From a virus (lineage: Duplodnaviria; Caudoviricetes): a DNA stretch of 46,689 nt. The notes below the pieces were generated by a model. It made no database searches. It was given only the letters and a program-made list of their open reading frames with translations, and was not told the origin of the DNA. Below, one piece after another: positions 10,316-20,137 of this stretch; within the stretch, counting starts at the first letter, position 1, and every line of letters begins with the position of its first letter. The position numbers and the translations under genes were made by a program. The DNA lies in the IMG/VR virus record IMGVR_UViG_3300005764_000027, positions 1-46,689 of that record, one strand, 5' to 3'.

Positions 10316-11164
10316 TCATCCTTCCTTGCAATATAGGTCTTTTTTTATCTGGCATGGCGAGGTCCACCAGTTGCCGTCCTTGTCGTTGAAAACCCGATGA
10401 TCCTGGAATCGGATATGCGTATGCTCGTCGGTCACTTGCGACGATTTTTTCTTGTCCTGTTGCCAATGGATCGTCGAGTCGCTCCCGGTCTTCTGGCTTG
10501 CGTATCCCTCGCCGTGCCGTGAGTAGGTCGTCCCGCCGTTCTGTTCGATTGCGATCTCGGATTTTTTGTTGTCGTCGCGCGCGGATTTTTGGCCCATCGT
10601 CTTTTGCTGTTTCTTCTGTCCGCCCGCTTGCTGCGGCCCCGGCTTTTGCCCCTGGTCCTGGGTTTGCTTGGGGACGAGCGCGATCCGCATGACCTTGTCC
10701 TCGCGCGTCGAGAGATAGGTCCCGTCCTTATGCATGAGGAATTGCTGGCGGTCGTCCTTCAACCGGTATTGCGCGACGTCGCCTTGGTCGAGCTCCTTCA
10801 ACCGGTGCCGCCGATCATCGATGGCGATGACGACCGGATGCGAGCGCGATCCGTTGAGGTAGAGGACGATGGGCTCCGCGCTGTCGCCCTTCGGTTGCTC
10901 GCCCCATTGGCCGGAATCGTCCTTGCCGCCGCCGTTCCCGCCTTGCTTGCTCTGGCCCTTCTGGTCCTCCTCCTCCTCGTCCTGGTCGGCCGGATAATTC
11001 GTGAAGCCATAGGCTTGCGCGCGCTCGACGCCCGTATGCGTCTCCGACGCCATCACGTCGACGTCGACCTCTTGCCAGTGATGCTTGTCGTCCGCCTTGC
11101 GGAGCGTCGCCCTCGAGGCGCTGGTTTGCACGCGCCTCGCGGCGTCCATGACTGTCGAGCGCAT
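10316..11164 (-). CDS. Baseplate spike/assembly protein (Mu gp45-like)
   Basis: ETHTGVERAQAYGFT...LNGSRSHPVVIAIDDRRHR..L..GDVAQY motif. Confidence 0.88.
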   Translation of the reverse strand: MRSTVMDAARRVQTSASRATLRKADDKHHWQEVDVDVMASETHTGVERAQAYGFTNYPADQDEEEEDQKGQSKQGGNGGGKDDSGQWGEQPKGDSAEPIVLYLNGSRSHPVVIAIDDRRHRLKELDQGDVAQYRLKDDRQQFLMHKDGTYLSTREDKVMRIALVPKQTQDQGQKPGPQQAGGQKKQQKTMGQKSARDDNKKSEIAIEQNGGTTYSRHGEGYASQKTGSDSTIHWQQDKKKSSQVTDEHTHIRFQDHRVFNDKDGNWWTSPCQIKKDLYCKEG

Positions 11165-11174
11165 CGGTGTCCTC

Positions 11175-12359
11175 CTATGCGGGCGAGCTTTGCGGTGGGA
11201 GATTGGGATTGTTACCCTGCGGCGCGTCGGTCGGCGTCGATCCCTTCTGCGGATCGTAATTCTGCGGATGCTTGTCGTCCTGGTCCCCCTCCCCGGTGTC
11301 GCGGACGAGATCGATGGTCGTCCGGGTCCCTTGCTTGTCGTCCTGGGTAAACTCGACTTTGACGATCTTCAACTCCTCGTCGACGATTAGCATGGGAGAC
11401 TTGACGTGCGCCTTGTCGCCCGCCTTCCACAATCCGCCGCTCGGTTTTAGCCAGCCCTGGACGACGATAGTGACCTCCAGTTGCTCGACCCCCTGGCGCT
11501 GGCCCTCCATCTGCATCCGGTTTTGCATGTCGTCCTTGTCGCCGGGATGCTCGGCGAGGACCCGCTTCGGCGCATAGACGCCTTTCGTGTTGCCCATCTT
11601 GCCGAGAGTGCTGTTGCTCGTTTTCGAGACCGGCGCTTGCGCGGACTTTGACATGGAACGGTCATCCGTCCCGGGTTGCTGACTCGTCCCGTAATTGTTG
11701 GGATGCGCGTCGCTATCATCGCCGCCCGCGCCGCCGCCGTTGATCGACATGACCTCGCGGCCCTCGAGAATGTTTTTGCCCTCGACCAACGAGTCGCCGG
11801 TCGGCATCCACATTGCGCGGCCGGTGAGGTTGCCCTCGGTATCCGATCCGAGAACGATGTTGCGTTGGCGCGCGAGCGTCTCCAGGAATTCCCATGCGGT
11901 CTGGCCGGGAGGGATATGCACGCGCTCGAATGGCTTTTGCGAGATGTTGCCGATCGGTTTGAATTTGGACTTGAACGGCTTTAGGACCTCGTCCGCGATC
12001 TCCTTATAGCTTTTGTTCTTCATCTCCCCGGTCTTCGTTTGCGCCGCGCCATACGAGAGCGCGCGCGTGAACGAGTGACCGGATATCTCAATGCCGTGCG
12101 CGTTCCCGGTGTAGGCGACCTGGCGCGTCTCGACGAAGCCCGTAATCACTAGCTGGCCCGCGAGCGTGATGGTGCAATGATCGCCGGGCCGGATGCGAAC
12201 GGCCGCCCAATCTTTCGAGAGCGGCGCGCCTTCGGAGCATGTGAATTTGAAAAAATCCGACGACGCCATCTCCTCGTCGCGGACTAGGACCGATTGCCAG
12301 TCGCGATATCTTTTCCCGTTGACGGTGATCTCCGCGATCTCTTGTTGCTTGAATGCCAT
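11175..12359 (-). CDS. Baseplate hub protein (Mu gp44-like)
   Basis: ITVNGKRYRDWQSV, GQTAWEFLETLARQR, LVEGKNIL and IVVQGWLKPSGGLW motifs. Confidence 0.9.
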   Translation of the reverse strand: MAFKQQEIAEITVNGKRYRDWQSVLVRDEEMASSDFFKFTCSEGAPLSKDWAAVRIRPGDHCTITLAGQLVITGFVETRQVAYTGNAHGIEISGHSFTRALSYGAAQTKTGEMKNKSYKEIADEVLKPFKSKFKPIGNISQKPFERVHIPPGQTAWEFLETLARQRNIVLGSDTEGNLTGRAMWMPTGDSLVEGKNILEGREVMSINGGGAGGDDSDAHPNNYGTSQQPGTDDRSMSKSAQAPVSKTSNSTLGKMGNTKGVYAPKRVLAEHPGDKDDMQNRMQMEGQRQGVEQLEVTIVVQGWLKPSGGLWKAGDKAHVKSPMLIVDEELKIVKVEFTQDDKQGTRTTIDLVRDTGEGDQDDKHPQNYDPQKGSTPTDAPQGNNPNLPPQSSPA

Positions 12360-12363
12360 GGGA

Positions 12364-13083
12364 TCACGACGGCGGACTCAATGCCCGGATATTGAGCGGA
12401 CAGAATGCCGGATGGACGACCTTGTTCTCGGCGATGATCTCCTCCGAATGATCGTCCTCGTAATAGATCGACCAGGAGATTTTGAGCGCCGGCGAGGGAT
12501 CGAATTGATAGGTGAGCATGCGCGGGAGCGGCCTTGCGGTATCCGCGAGATAGCGCGTGATCGCGCCGCCGAGTGCGACGATCTGATTATAGATCGGGTT
12601 GTCGCGTTGCTCGCTCGCGAGCTCCTTCGCAACATCGAACCAGTTTTTTATTTTGACCAGCATCGCCTCGACGTCGGTGCGCGAGATGAAGACCGTCCGC
12701 CGAATGATCCGGCCGTCCTGTGCGAGCGCGAACAAAATGCTTGCCTGGACGACGAGGACCGCGGGGAGGGTCTTCGGGTGTTCCTTCATCAATTGTTTAA
12801 GGACGTTGTCCATCCAGACGACGGTGATCCCCGCCTCCGTCGCGAGCCGATAGCATTGGACCAGGCGTCGACCGAAACTCCCGTCGGCGACGTATTTATT
12901 GATATGCGCGCGAATGTCGCCGACCGCGGCGCGGAGCGACGATCCCGCGCGGCCGACACCGCTCCCCCATGACATGAGCTCGGCGGTCGAGCGATACACG
13001 ATCCCCTCGATCTCGTTTAGGACCGTCTTCGCTGGCGTCTTCGCCGGATAGATTTTCGCCACATGCGGATCGGTGAAAGCCAT
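12364..13083 (-). CDS. Mu gpN (DNA circulation protein)-like C-terminal half
   Basis: C-terminal RPLPRM...PALKISWSIY...EEIIAENKVVHPAFCP; TAATG overlap with the upstream gene. Confidence 0.75.
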   Translation of the reverse strand: MAFTDPHVAKIYPAKTPAKTVLNEIEGIVYRSTAELMSWGSGVGRAGSSLRAAVGDIRAHINKYVADGSFGRRLVQCYRLATEAGITVVWMDNVLKQLMKEHPKTLPAVLVVQASILFALAQDGRIIRRTVFISRTDVEAMLVKIKNWFDVAKELASEQRDNPIYNQIVALGGAITRYLADTARPLPRMLTYQFDPSPALKISWSIYYEDDHSEEIIAENKVVHPAFCPLNIRALSPPS

Positions 13084-13643
13084 TAGTCCGGTGTCCCTGG
13101 CGTGCGATCCAGTCCCGCAATGTTTCCGGGTTGCGACAATTCCGTCGCGTTATTGATCGATTGGACCCCGGTGTTCTCCGACGCGCTGGCTTGACTATCG
13201 AGCGCGCTCCCGGCGTCGCTCTGGCCGACGAGCGCGGGCGATCCGGCCTCGACGAATTGCATATCGTATTGGATGAATCCGCCCTTATCCTTGGAGTCCG
13301 CATAGGACCATCGCTCGCACATGACGAGCATCGATCCGATCAACGGATGAATGAGGAGGCCCGCGTCGTCGCTGTCGAGCGCCGCGTTTAGCGTCGCGAT
13401 TTGCGTCAAGAGGTTGCCCGGGAATCCCTTGTCGAAATGGATCAAATAGCCGTTGAACGTCCATCGCGTCGGCTCGCGTCCCATGTCCTCCGAATAGGGG
13501 ATATTGCGCTTCGGGTAGGTATGGACGACGGTCCGCCGCCCGCCCGCGCGCTGGCTCGTCTCGACATGGAACGGTGCGCCCTTGAACGAGGCCGGGACGA
13601 GCGCGTCGCGCCAGACATTATGAATATCGCGGATCGAGGCCAT
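13083..13643 (-). CDS. DNA circularisation protein N-terminal domain (Mu gpN-like)
   Basis: WRDALVPASFKGAPFHVE...GGRRTVVHTYPKR..PYSEDMGR...GLLIHP motif. Confidence 0.9.
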   Translation of the reverse strand: MASIRDIHNVWRDALVPASFKGAPFHVETSQRAGGRRTVVHTYPKRNIPYSEDMGREPTRWTFNGYLIHFDKGFPGNLLTQIATLNAALDSDDAGLLIHPLIGSMLVMCERWSYADSKDKGGFIQYDMQFVEAGSPALVGQSDAGSALDSQASASENTGVQSINNATELSQPGNIAGLDRTPGTPD

Positions 13644-13659
13644 AGATACCTCCAGTTAA

Positions 13660-16644
13660 CTATGCGGGCGACTCGATCCGGCCGCCGCCCGTCGGGTCCT
13701 GCGCTTTCTCGCGGTTGATTTGCATGTTGAGATTGTCCGACGAGCTCCCGACCCGGACGTTGCGCTGGCCGCGGATGTTGATCTTTAGCTGGATCTCGTG
13801 TCGCGTCTGTCGCGCGCGGAAACCCTTCATTTGATTTATTTCGTCCTCGTTACTCCAGATTACCTTATGCGGATCGATGACCGGCTTCGCCGTCGCGCCT
13901 GGAGGCGGTTGCGTTCCGGGCGGATAGCTTCCGGGTTGTCCCGCATAGACCCTCCGGCCGCGGAGGCTTTCATATCCGGGCGCGGGTCCGAGATCGTGGA
14001 CTTGCGCGGCGGTCAAAAGCCGACCGTTGCGGTCGCGATATTCGACATGCAAGTGCGGTTGAATTCCCCTCGCGCCGGTCGCGCCAGATAACGCGATGAC
14101 CTTTCCCGCCGCATCAATTCGCGTGCCGCCGTTGGTGAGCTTCCATACGTCCCAATTGGAAAGGTGCATATACTTGGCTTCGATCCCGTTGTCGTATCGG
14201 ACGACCACGATCCCGCCAGTTATGCCGCCCTGGAAACCGGATCGGAGAACAGTGCCTGCGCCCATGCTGTAGATCGGCGTTCCGACGGGAGCCCCGATAT
14301 CGGTCCCCGCATGGGTATGACCTCGACGAGGAGCGCCTGGTCCTTGCCATATCTCCCCGGTGATCGGACTTGGATATGCGCCCGTCGTCTGGATCGGCGC
14401 GGTCGACGACGTCCCCGGAGGAGGCGGAGTCGTCGTCGACGTCGTTTGCGGTCGCGGTTGCTGTGACGCATCCCGGTTTGCGCGCGGCAATGCCGCCTCC
14501 GGCTGGCCCGTCTTCGGATCAATCGGGATCTTTCCGGCAATCGCCCAACGCGCGGCTTGCTGCCATTGCTCCTCGTCCATCGGATAACGACCGCCGCCCT
14601 CGCGGACCGTTTGCGCTTTCAAAAGACGGATGAAGAAATTCGGATCGGCGAGCTCCTCCGGCGTCGGCCGTCTGTTGGGTCCGCCATATCCGCCGTCGCT
14701 CCAGAGGCGCATGGCCGCGTTGATCGTCATCCCGCGCGAGAAATAGGACATGAGGAGACGGATATTCGACGCGGCTCCATGGACCGGCGTCGGATAGGAG
14801 GCAATCGAGTGACCGGTCCCGGTGCGCGCCGGTTTGCCCTCCCAGGTCGAGACCCACGGTGCCCACGCTTGCGCGCCCGGATTGTTGTGGCGCACGTTCG
14901 CGCGGCGCGGATTGGTCTCGCCCGCGCCGGTCGTCTCCGGCCCCATCGGATCGACGTTGTCGCCCCCGCTGCGGCGCGGCTCGCGACCTCCGCCTCCGCT
15001 CCGTGGCATGCGTCCGCCGCCGCCTCTAGGCGGGAAGCCGCCGCCGCCGCCGCCGATTGGCGGACCTCGCCCTAGCTTCCCCGCGAGCGCCGCGATCCGG
15101 CCCGCGCCGGTCGCATCCGTTAGCGGGAGATTGGCGACGACCGCGTTGAGCGCGGCGACCTTTTGCGTCGTTTGCTGGACCATGTCCGCGAGGTCCTTCG
15201 TGACCTCGCGATCCTGTCGGAGGCTCGCGACCTCCTCGCGCGTCGTCGTCCCTCGCCCGGACGTCGCCGTCGACCTCGATCCGGACGGAAAATTTCCCTC
15301 CTCGTCGGGGAGCGTGATCCCGGTCGGAATGCCCAGGCCCGCGAGTTGAATGCGACCGCCGAGATCGCCGCGCTTGCTCGGCGAGGGAGGTCTCGGCCGC
15401 GGGATCGGAATGTTGCCCGTATCGTCCGGAGTGACCGTGATCTCCGGGAGAATGTTGTCGCCCTTGCCGCCGCCGCCCTTATCGCCGCCGCCCGTTCTCT
15501 CCCCGCCGCCCGCCGCCGTCGGTGTAAGGACCGCGACGCCCGCAATTGCGCCGACGACCCATGCGAGCGCGCCGATACTGCCGAGAGCCTTGTGGAAACT
15601 GGTAAGCCACGCAATCGGCCCGATGGTGAAGATCGTCGCGAGGACCGGCCGCCAGCCGCCGAGATTTTCGGTGACGAATTTGTCGACCGCCTGGAGCATT
15701 CTCCAGAGCTTTTTGACGCCCTCGACGAATGCATCAATCGCCGATCCGACGCCTTTCGCGAAAGCGCGAATATCCTCCGGCCTTATGGATTTGAGCCAGT
15801 CCGCGAATTGCTTGACCAGACCTCGACCTGGTCCGTTGAGATATTCCGTCGTCGTCTGGAGGAGTGACGTAAACGCGGGGATGACCGCTTGCCCGATTGT
15901 CGCTTTGGTATTGAACCATGTCCGCTCCAGATTGACCCATGCGAGCGAGTATTTTTTGAGGTCCTCGAGATTGCCCTCGTTTACCTCATGGAGCCCTTTG
16001 ATGTTGAAGGCTTCGGCCCATGCGATTGACGATTGCCCGAATATGCCTTTGATCGACGTTTGCGCGCGCTGGTCCATCTGGCGCGTGCGCGTCGCGAGAT
16101 ACTCCATCGCGCGATTGATCCCGTCGGGACCGTTGACGATCTGGATTAGCTTGCGGCCCAACTCCTCGCCGCCCTTGCCTTGCGCGAGCTCCTTGAATTC
16201 CTTTGCGTTGCGTCCCTCCGTGCGGAGGTTCTCCATCGCCTTCGCAAGATTGACCACGCCCGCGCGTGACTCCTCTTGCGACATTCCAAGCGCCTTTCCG
16301 GCGTCGGTGAGATATCGCAATCGCTCCGCGGTGAGACCGATCTCCTTTGCGCTGTAGCGCAGCTGCAATCCGCCCTGTGCGAATTGCTCCATCGCGCGCG
16401 TTGCGCGCACGATCCCGCCGACGAGGCCCGCGCCCAGGAGCGTCGAGATTCCGCCGATCCCGAGAAACCGGAGGAATGTCCGGTTGAGATCGCCGATCTT
16501 GTCCTCGAGATGCTTGACCGCCGCGATTGTCTTCGGGAATCCGACCGACGAATCCCTGGCCCGGAGGCCGCGGCGCATGGCCTCGTATTTCGCCGAGACC
16601 TCGTCGGTGATCCTGATCTCGGAGAACGGGGTCCCGGTCGCCAT
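13660..16644 (-). CDS. Tape-measure-like protein 2 with lysozyme-like and M23 peptidase domains
   Basis: Helical N-terminus; RHNNPGA...YPTPVHG...LLMSY lysozyme-like segment; HAGTDIG...YMHL...PHLHVEY (HxxxD/HxH) M23 motifs. Confidence 0.85.
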   Translation of the reverse strand: MATGTPFSEIRITDEVSAKYEAMRRGLRARDSSVGFPKTIAAVKHLEDKIGDLNRTFLRFLGIGGISTLLGAGLVGGIVRATRAMEQFAQGGLQLRYSAKEIGLTAERLRYLTDAGKALGMSQEESRAGVVNLAKAMENLRTEGRNAKEFKELAQGKGGEELGRKLIQIVNGPDGINRAMEYLATRTRQMDQRAQTSIKGIFGQSSIAWAEAFNIKGLHEVNEGNLEDLKKYSLAWVNLERTWFNTKATIGQAVIPAFTSLLQTTTEYLNGPGRGLVKQFADWLKSIRPEDIRAFAKGVGSAIDAFVEGVKKLWRMLQAVDKFVTENLGGWRPVLATIFTIGPIAWLTSFHKALGSIGALAWVVGAIAGVAVLTPTAAGGGERTGGGDKGGGGKGDNILPEITVTPDDTGNIPIPRPRPPSPSKRGDLGGRIQLAGLGIPTGITLPDEEGNFPSGSRSTATSGRGTTTREEVASLRQDREVTKDLADMVQQTTQKVAALNAVVANLPLTDATGAGRIAALAGKLGRGPPIGGGGGGFPPRGGGGRMPRSGGGGREPRRSGGDNVDPMGPETTGAGETNPRRANVRHNNPGAQAWAPWVSTWEGKPARTGTGHSIASYPTPVHGAASNIRLLMSYFSRGMTINAAMRLWSDGGYGGPNRRPTPEELADPNFFIRLLKAQTVREGGGRYPMDEEQWQQAARWAIAGKIPIDPKTGQPEAALPRANRDASQQPRPQTTSTTTPPPPGTSSTAPIQTTGAYPSPITGEIWQGPGAPRRGHTHAGTDIGAPVGTPIYSMGAGTVLRSGFQGGITGGIVVVRYDNGIEAKYMHLSNWDVWKLTNGGTRIDAAGKVIALSGATGARGIQPHLHVEYRDRNGRLLTAAQVHDLGPAPGYESLRGRRVYAGQPGSYPPGTQPPPGATAKPVIDPHKVIWSNEDEINQMKGFRARQTRHEIQLKINIRGQRNVRVGSSSDNLNMQINREKAQDPTGGGRIESPA

Positions 16645-16648
16645 GCCG

Positions 16649-18931
16649 TCATGCCTGGTTGAAGTAGGACGGGACCGACCGGTCGTTTCCGGATGCGGCC
16701 ATTTGCGGAGTCTTCTCCAGGATCAACGGCCGGAATAGTCGATCCGAAATGCTCGCGTCCTTGGATGTGGCGACGTTGCTGATATCGATATCGACCTCGC
16801 CGCTCCCCTTATAGACATTGTCCGCGCGCGCGATGTTCGCGTTCAATCGCGTCCCCGCGTCCTGCCATGCGGGGAGCTCGGCCCCGGTCGTCCCGCCTTC
16901 GTCGAATGCGCCAGCGCGGCCAAGTTCGGCGGCGCGCCGAATCCTCGCATCGTGTACGTCCTCCCAGGATCGCAAGGTCGTCTGGATATTGCCGACGTCT
17001 CGCGGCGCATATTGGTTCGTCTTGTTTGGATCGTTCGCCGCGCCGACGGGCGAATAGCCTCCCGGTTTGCGGTGAAAGAAATTCTCGAGGTTGCCGTCCG
17101 ACTCGCGATAGTGCCGCGCCTGGATGCGGACGGCGTCGTCGATCCCCGCCGCGAGCGTGTCATAGCTTCGGAATAGGCGGTTGCCCTTGCCGCCCGCCAT
17201 GATCCCCCCGGGATTATTGTAGTCGCGGATCGCGCGGCTTTTTCCGAAACCGGTCTCGTTCCCGAATATGCTCGCGACCAGGGAGGGCGGAATGCCGTGA
17301 CGTTGCGCGGATTCGACAATCGCGTCATACGATCCGGCGAGCTTGCTCCCCTTGAATCGTCGCTCGAATGAGGAGCGGTCGAGATCGTTTGCGATTGTCC
17401 CTTGCCCGTATCCGCTCGATCCGGCCGTGCCGTCCGGGCCGCCGATCTGGAGGAAGCCCGTCAATTGCCCTAGCTCGGCGTCGAGATCGGCGAGCTTGTC
17501 CTTTAGACCTCCGGTCGCGAGCCTCACTTGCGCCGCCTCGGCGAGCTTCTCGACCGTGCCCTTCTCCTCGCCCGCGGGCGCGAGCGCGCCGGTCTTTCGT
17601 TTCTTTCCTTGCTCGCCCCAGAGATCGATATTGCCCTGGAATAAGTCCTTGAGGATTTGCATGAAGAAGCCCGGCGACTCCATGTTGAACGTGTCGCTTG
17701 GCTGTGTGGTCTTTCCGCCGCGGCGCTTTTGCTCCTCCTCCATGCTCTCGCGGTTGCGCCGCATGAAGTCGCCCCACGACTCCCGGAATTTTTTCGGGTC
17801 GTGGAGGAAAGCGGTCAATGCGGTAATGACGCCGACGGCCGGCGCGATGAAGCGGAGAGCCGTGCCGAATCCGAAAAGCCATGTGACGAATTTCGTCGCC
17901 ATGAGCGCCTCGAATATCCCGGGCCACGTAGCGCCCATATCTTGCACGACCTTGTCGGCCGCGGTGAATGCCGCGCCGAGATCGGTGACGAGCCTCTCGC
18001 TCCCTTCGGTGATCGCCTTCATCCGATCGGCAAAACCTTGCGACCGGACGTAATCCGCCATCGACGTCGCCCATCGTTTGATATCGGCGAGGAATTGCTT
18101 GCCCGCTGGCGACTCAAGATATTGCTGGACCGCGCGCGTCAATTCGGTAAAGGCCGGGAGGAGTGCGGTGCCGACCGTCGCTTTGATGTTGTTCCAGGAC
18201 CGCTCCAGATTGACGTTGGCGATATTGTATTTGAGCATCTCGTCCTTGCTCATGCGGATAACGGGGACGAGTTGCGGGAGGATCTTGCGGAGTTCGGTCG
18301 CGCCGACGCTTCCGAATCCCATGATCTTCATGAAGGACGCTTGCGCGCGCGGGTTCATCCGCTCCATTCGGTCGAGCGCGAGTTGAAGCGCCTTCTCCGG
18401 ACCGTCACGTCCGTAGGATTGCATGAGCTCACGGAACAGACGTGTCCCGCTATCGCCGACGCCCTTCTCGAGCTCCTTGAACATGCGAGAGCCGCGGCCC
18501 TCGGTCCATGCCTCCTCCAGTGTGCGGAGCCCGCTCTGAATTCCCGACGCGGCCTCGCCTTCGCTCTGGCCGACGACCTTTAGCGCGTCGGTGTAGTCGC
18601 GGAGAAATCCCTCGGAGACGCGAAGCTCGCGCGCCGTGAAATGCATCCGCATTCCGCTTTGCGCGAATTCGTCCAGGGACCGCTTGGCCGCGACCAGACC
18701 GGCGACGACACCGCCCGCGCCGAGAATGCCGCCGATCCCGGTGATCGACGCGAGCGATCTGATCTCTCGACCGGCGAAGGACGCCGCGCGGCCGAGTTTG
18801 TCGAGCGCGGACGTCGAGCGAGACGTGTCGACCTGGTTCAAGCGGAGGAGCTTCGCGACCGCTTGCTCCGCCGCCTTGCTGATCTCGTCCCTTAGCTGGA
18901 CTTTGATCTCTATGGTCTGATCTTGCGCCAT
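16649..18931 (-). CDS. Tape-measure-like protein 1 with glucosaminidase (GH73)-like domain
   Basis: Follows the tail chaperones; helical; C-terminal AQRHGIPPSLVASIFGNETGFGKS...YNNPGGI...YSPVGAANDP. Confidence 0.85.
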   Translation of the reverse strand: MAQDQTIEIKVQLRDEISKAAEQAVAKLLRLNQVDTSRSTSALDKLGRAASFAGREIRSLASITGIGGILGAGGVVAGLVAAKRSLDEFAQSGMRMHFTARELRVSEGFLRDYTDALKVVGQSEGEAASGIQSGLRTLEEAWTEGRGSRMFKELEKGVGDSGTRLFRELMQSYGRDGPEKALQLALDRMERMNPRAQASFMKIMGFGSVGATELRKILPQLVPVIRMSKDEMLKYNIANVNLERSWNNIKATVGTALLPAFTELTRAVQQYLESPAGKQFLADIKRWATSMADYVRSQGFADRMKAITEGSERLVTDLGAAFTAADKVVQDMGATWPGIFEALMATKFVTWLFGFGTALRFIAPAVGVITALTAFLHDPKKFRESWGDFMRRNRESMEEEQKRRGGKTTQPSDTFNMESPGFFMQILKDLFQGNIDLWGEQGKKRKTGALAPAGEEKGTVEKLAEAAQVRLATGGLKDKLADLDAELGQLTGFLQIGGPDGTAGSSGYGQGTIANDLDRSSFERRFKGSKLAGSYDAIVESAQRHGIPPSLVASIFGNETGFGKSRAIRDYNNPGGIMAGGKGNRLFRSYDTLAAGIDDAVRIQARHYRESDGNLENFFHRKPGGYSPVGAANDPNKTNQYAPRDVGNIQTTLRSWEDVHDARIRRAAELGRAGAFDEGGTTGAELPAWQDAGTRLNANIARADNVYKGSGEVDIDISNVATSKDASISDRLFRPLILEKTPQMAASGNDRSVPSYFNQA

Positions 18932-18934
18932 GGA

Positions 18935-19126
18935 TCAATCGCGCATCCGTTGTTGCGCCTCTTGCTCCGCCGCGATCTCCTCCTCCATCCGGTTCGTCCA
19001 GCCGATATGGCGCTGGACCTCGCTTAACGGCTTCTGGAGAAAGACGTCCGGATCGAGATGGTAGTGACGGGCGAGCCTGTAACAGGAGAGGATGATCTGG
19101 TCGGGTCCTGTCCCGCCGACCATCAT
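18935..19126 (-). CDS. Tail assembly chaperone frameshift extension (gpE'/gpT-like)
   Basis: Lies in the -1 frame of the upstream chaperone after the T TTT TTC slippery site. Confidence 0.75.
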   Translation of the reverse strand: MMVGGTGPDQIILSCYRLARHYHLDPDVFLQKPLSEVQRHIGWTNRMEEEIAAEQEAQQRMRD

Positions 19127-19617
19127 GCGAAAAAACGGAAGACCTTCGTCGCGATGGCGGTCCAGTCCGACGCCCGGAGAGATCGCACGCTCGACGGCGG
19201 GATCGACGCGAGTTGCGCGATCATCGCCGCCATTTTCTTCTCGTCGAATGCGACCTTATAGCGACCGGTGTCGGGGACGACCTCGATGGAGATCGGGTTG
19301 CCCGCCTTCTCGATATCGCCTCCTGTCGGCTCGCGCCATCGGAGGATCGAGATCATGTCGCCGTGCGCCTGGATCGGCTTCGACAACGGATAGGCCAGCG
19401 GATCGTCGAGAGCCTCCTGGCGCTCGCGCTCCTCCGGCGTCAACTCCCGCTCGCCCTCCTCGACGCCATAGTCTGCCGTGTCCTCCGGAGACTGTGGCGC
19501 TTGCGCCGCCGCGGGCCTTTGTTGCTGCGGCGGCGCTTCGGGAATGTCGGGCTTCAATGCGTCGGTGCGATGGATGACGGGCTCGCCCTCGACGGGCGGC
19601 CGATTCATTTCGTTCAT
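19123..19617 (-). CDS. Tail assembly chaperone (Mu gp41-like)
   Basis: LSKPIQAHG...LRWREPTGGDI...MIAQLASIPPSSVRSL.ASDW motif; between tube and tape measure. Confidence 0.85.
   Translation of the reverse strand: MNEMNRPPVEGEPVIHRTDALKPDIPEAPPQQQRPAAAQAPQSPEDTADYGVEEGERELTPEERERQEALDDPLAYPLSKPIQAHGDMISILRWREPTGGDIEKAGNPISIEVVPDTGRYKVAFDEKKMAAMIAQLASIPPSSVRSLRASDWTAIATKVFRFFA
19129..19135 (-). other. Programmed -1 frameshift slippery site T TTT TTC
   Basis: CGT TTT TTC GCA TGA in X XXY YYZ phase; the -1 frame continues CGC ATG ATG into ORF 18935-19126. Confidence 0.7.
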
Positions 19618-19639
19618 TCGTGTCCTCCGTTAGTGTTGC

Positions 19640-20026
19640 TTACGCGCCGATCCCGGCTCCTACTCCGCCGATCTCCTCGCACGATGTTCCCTCGAAGCGG
19701 ACGCGGATTTGACCCTCGCGGGTGTTGTTCTCAAAGGCCGATTTGCATGCGGCTTCCTTGAGGACATAGACCTTGCCGTTGATTAGCTCGGCCGTGACGG
19801 TGACGTCGACCATCGCGTCGAGGACCTCGAGCGATAATTCTTGCGTCGTCGTCACGTCGCCCTCGATCCAGGGGACGCGGGGTAGCTCCTGGTAGCCATG
19901 GATATAATCCTGGCCCGCGAGCATTGTCCGCTCGATTGGTGACGAGGAGACCGTGAAGTTGCCTCGCAACGGGAGTTGATTCCCGTTGACCTTGAAGAAT
20001 GCCGTACCGGCGACAGCTTGCGCCAT
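19640..20026 (-). CDS. Tail tube protein (Mu gpM-like)
   Basis: AGTAFFKVNG.QLPLRG...GQDYIHGYQELPRVPWIEG...VTAELINGKVYVL motif. Confidence 0.92.
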   Translation of the reverse strand: MAQAVAGTAFFKVNGNQLPLRGNFTVSSSPIERTMLAGQDYIHGYQELPRVPWIEGDVTTTQELSLEVLDAMVDVTVTAELINGKVYVLKEAACKSAFENNTREGQIRVRFEGTSCEEIGGVGAGIGA

Positions 20027-20034
20027 AGTGGGAC

Positions 20035-20069
20035 CTCCATCGGTGGGACTGCCGCGTCATCACGACGGG
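20035..20069 (-). promoter_or_regulatory. Conserved 5' leader element (CCCGTCGTGATGACGCG...GATGGAG) of the tube gene
   Basis: 29/35 identical, ungapped, to 21759-21793 in front of the sheath gene; ends in the RBS. Confidence 0.6.
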
Positions 20070-20137
20070 GCGAGCGCCCCTGTCCCGCGTCGGGGCGTTT
20101 GCATAACCAGCGCGCGGGCGCTGGAGTCGAAACGACT

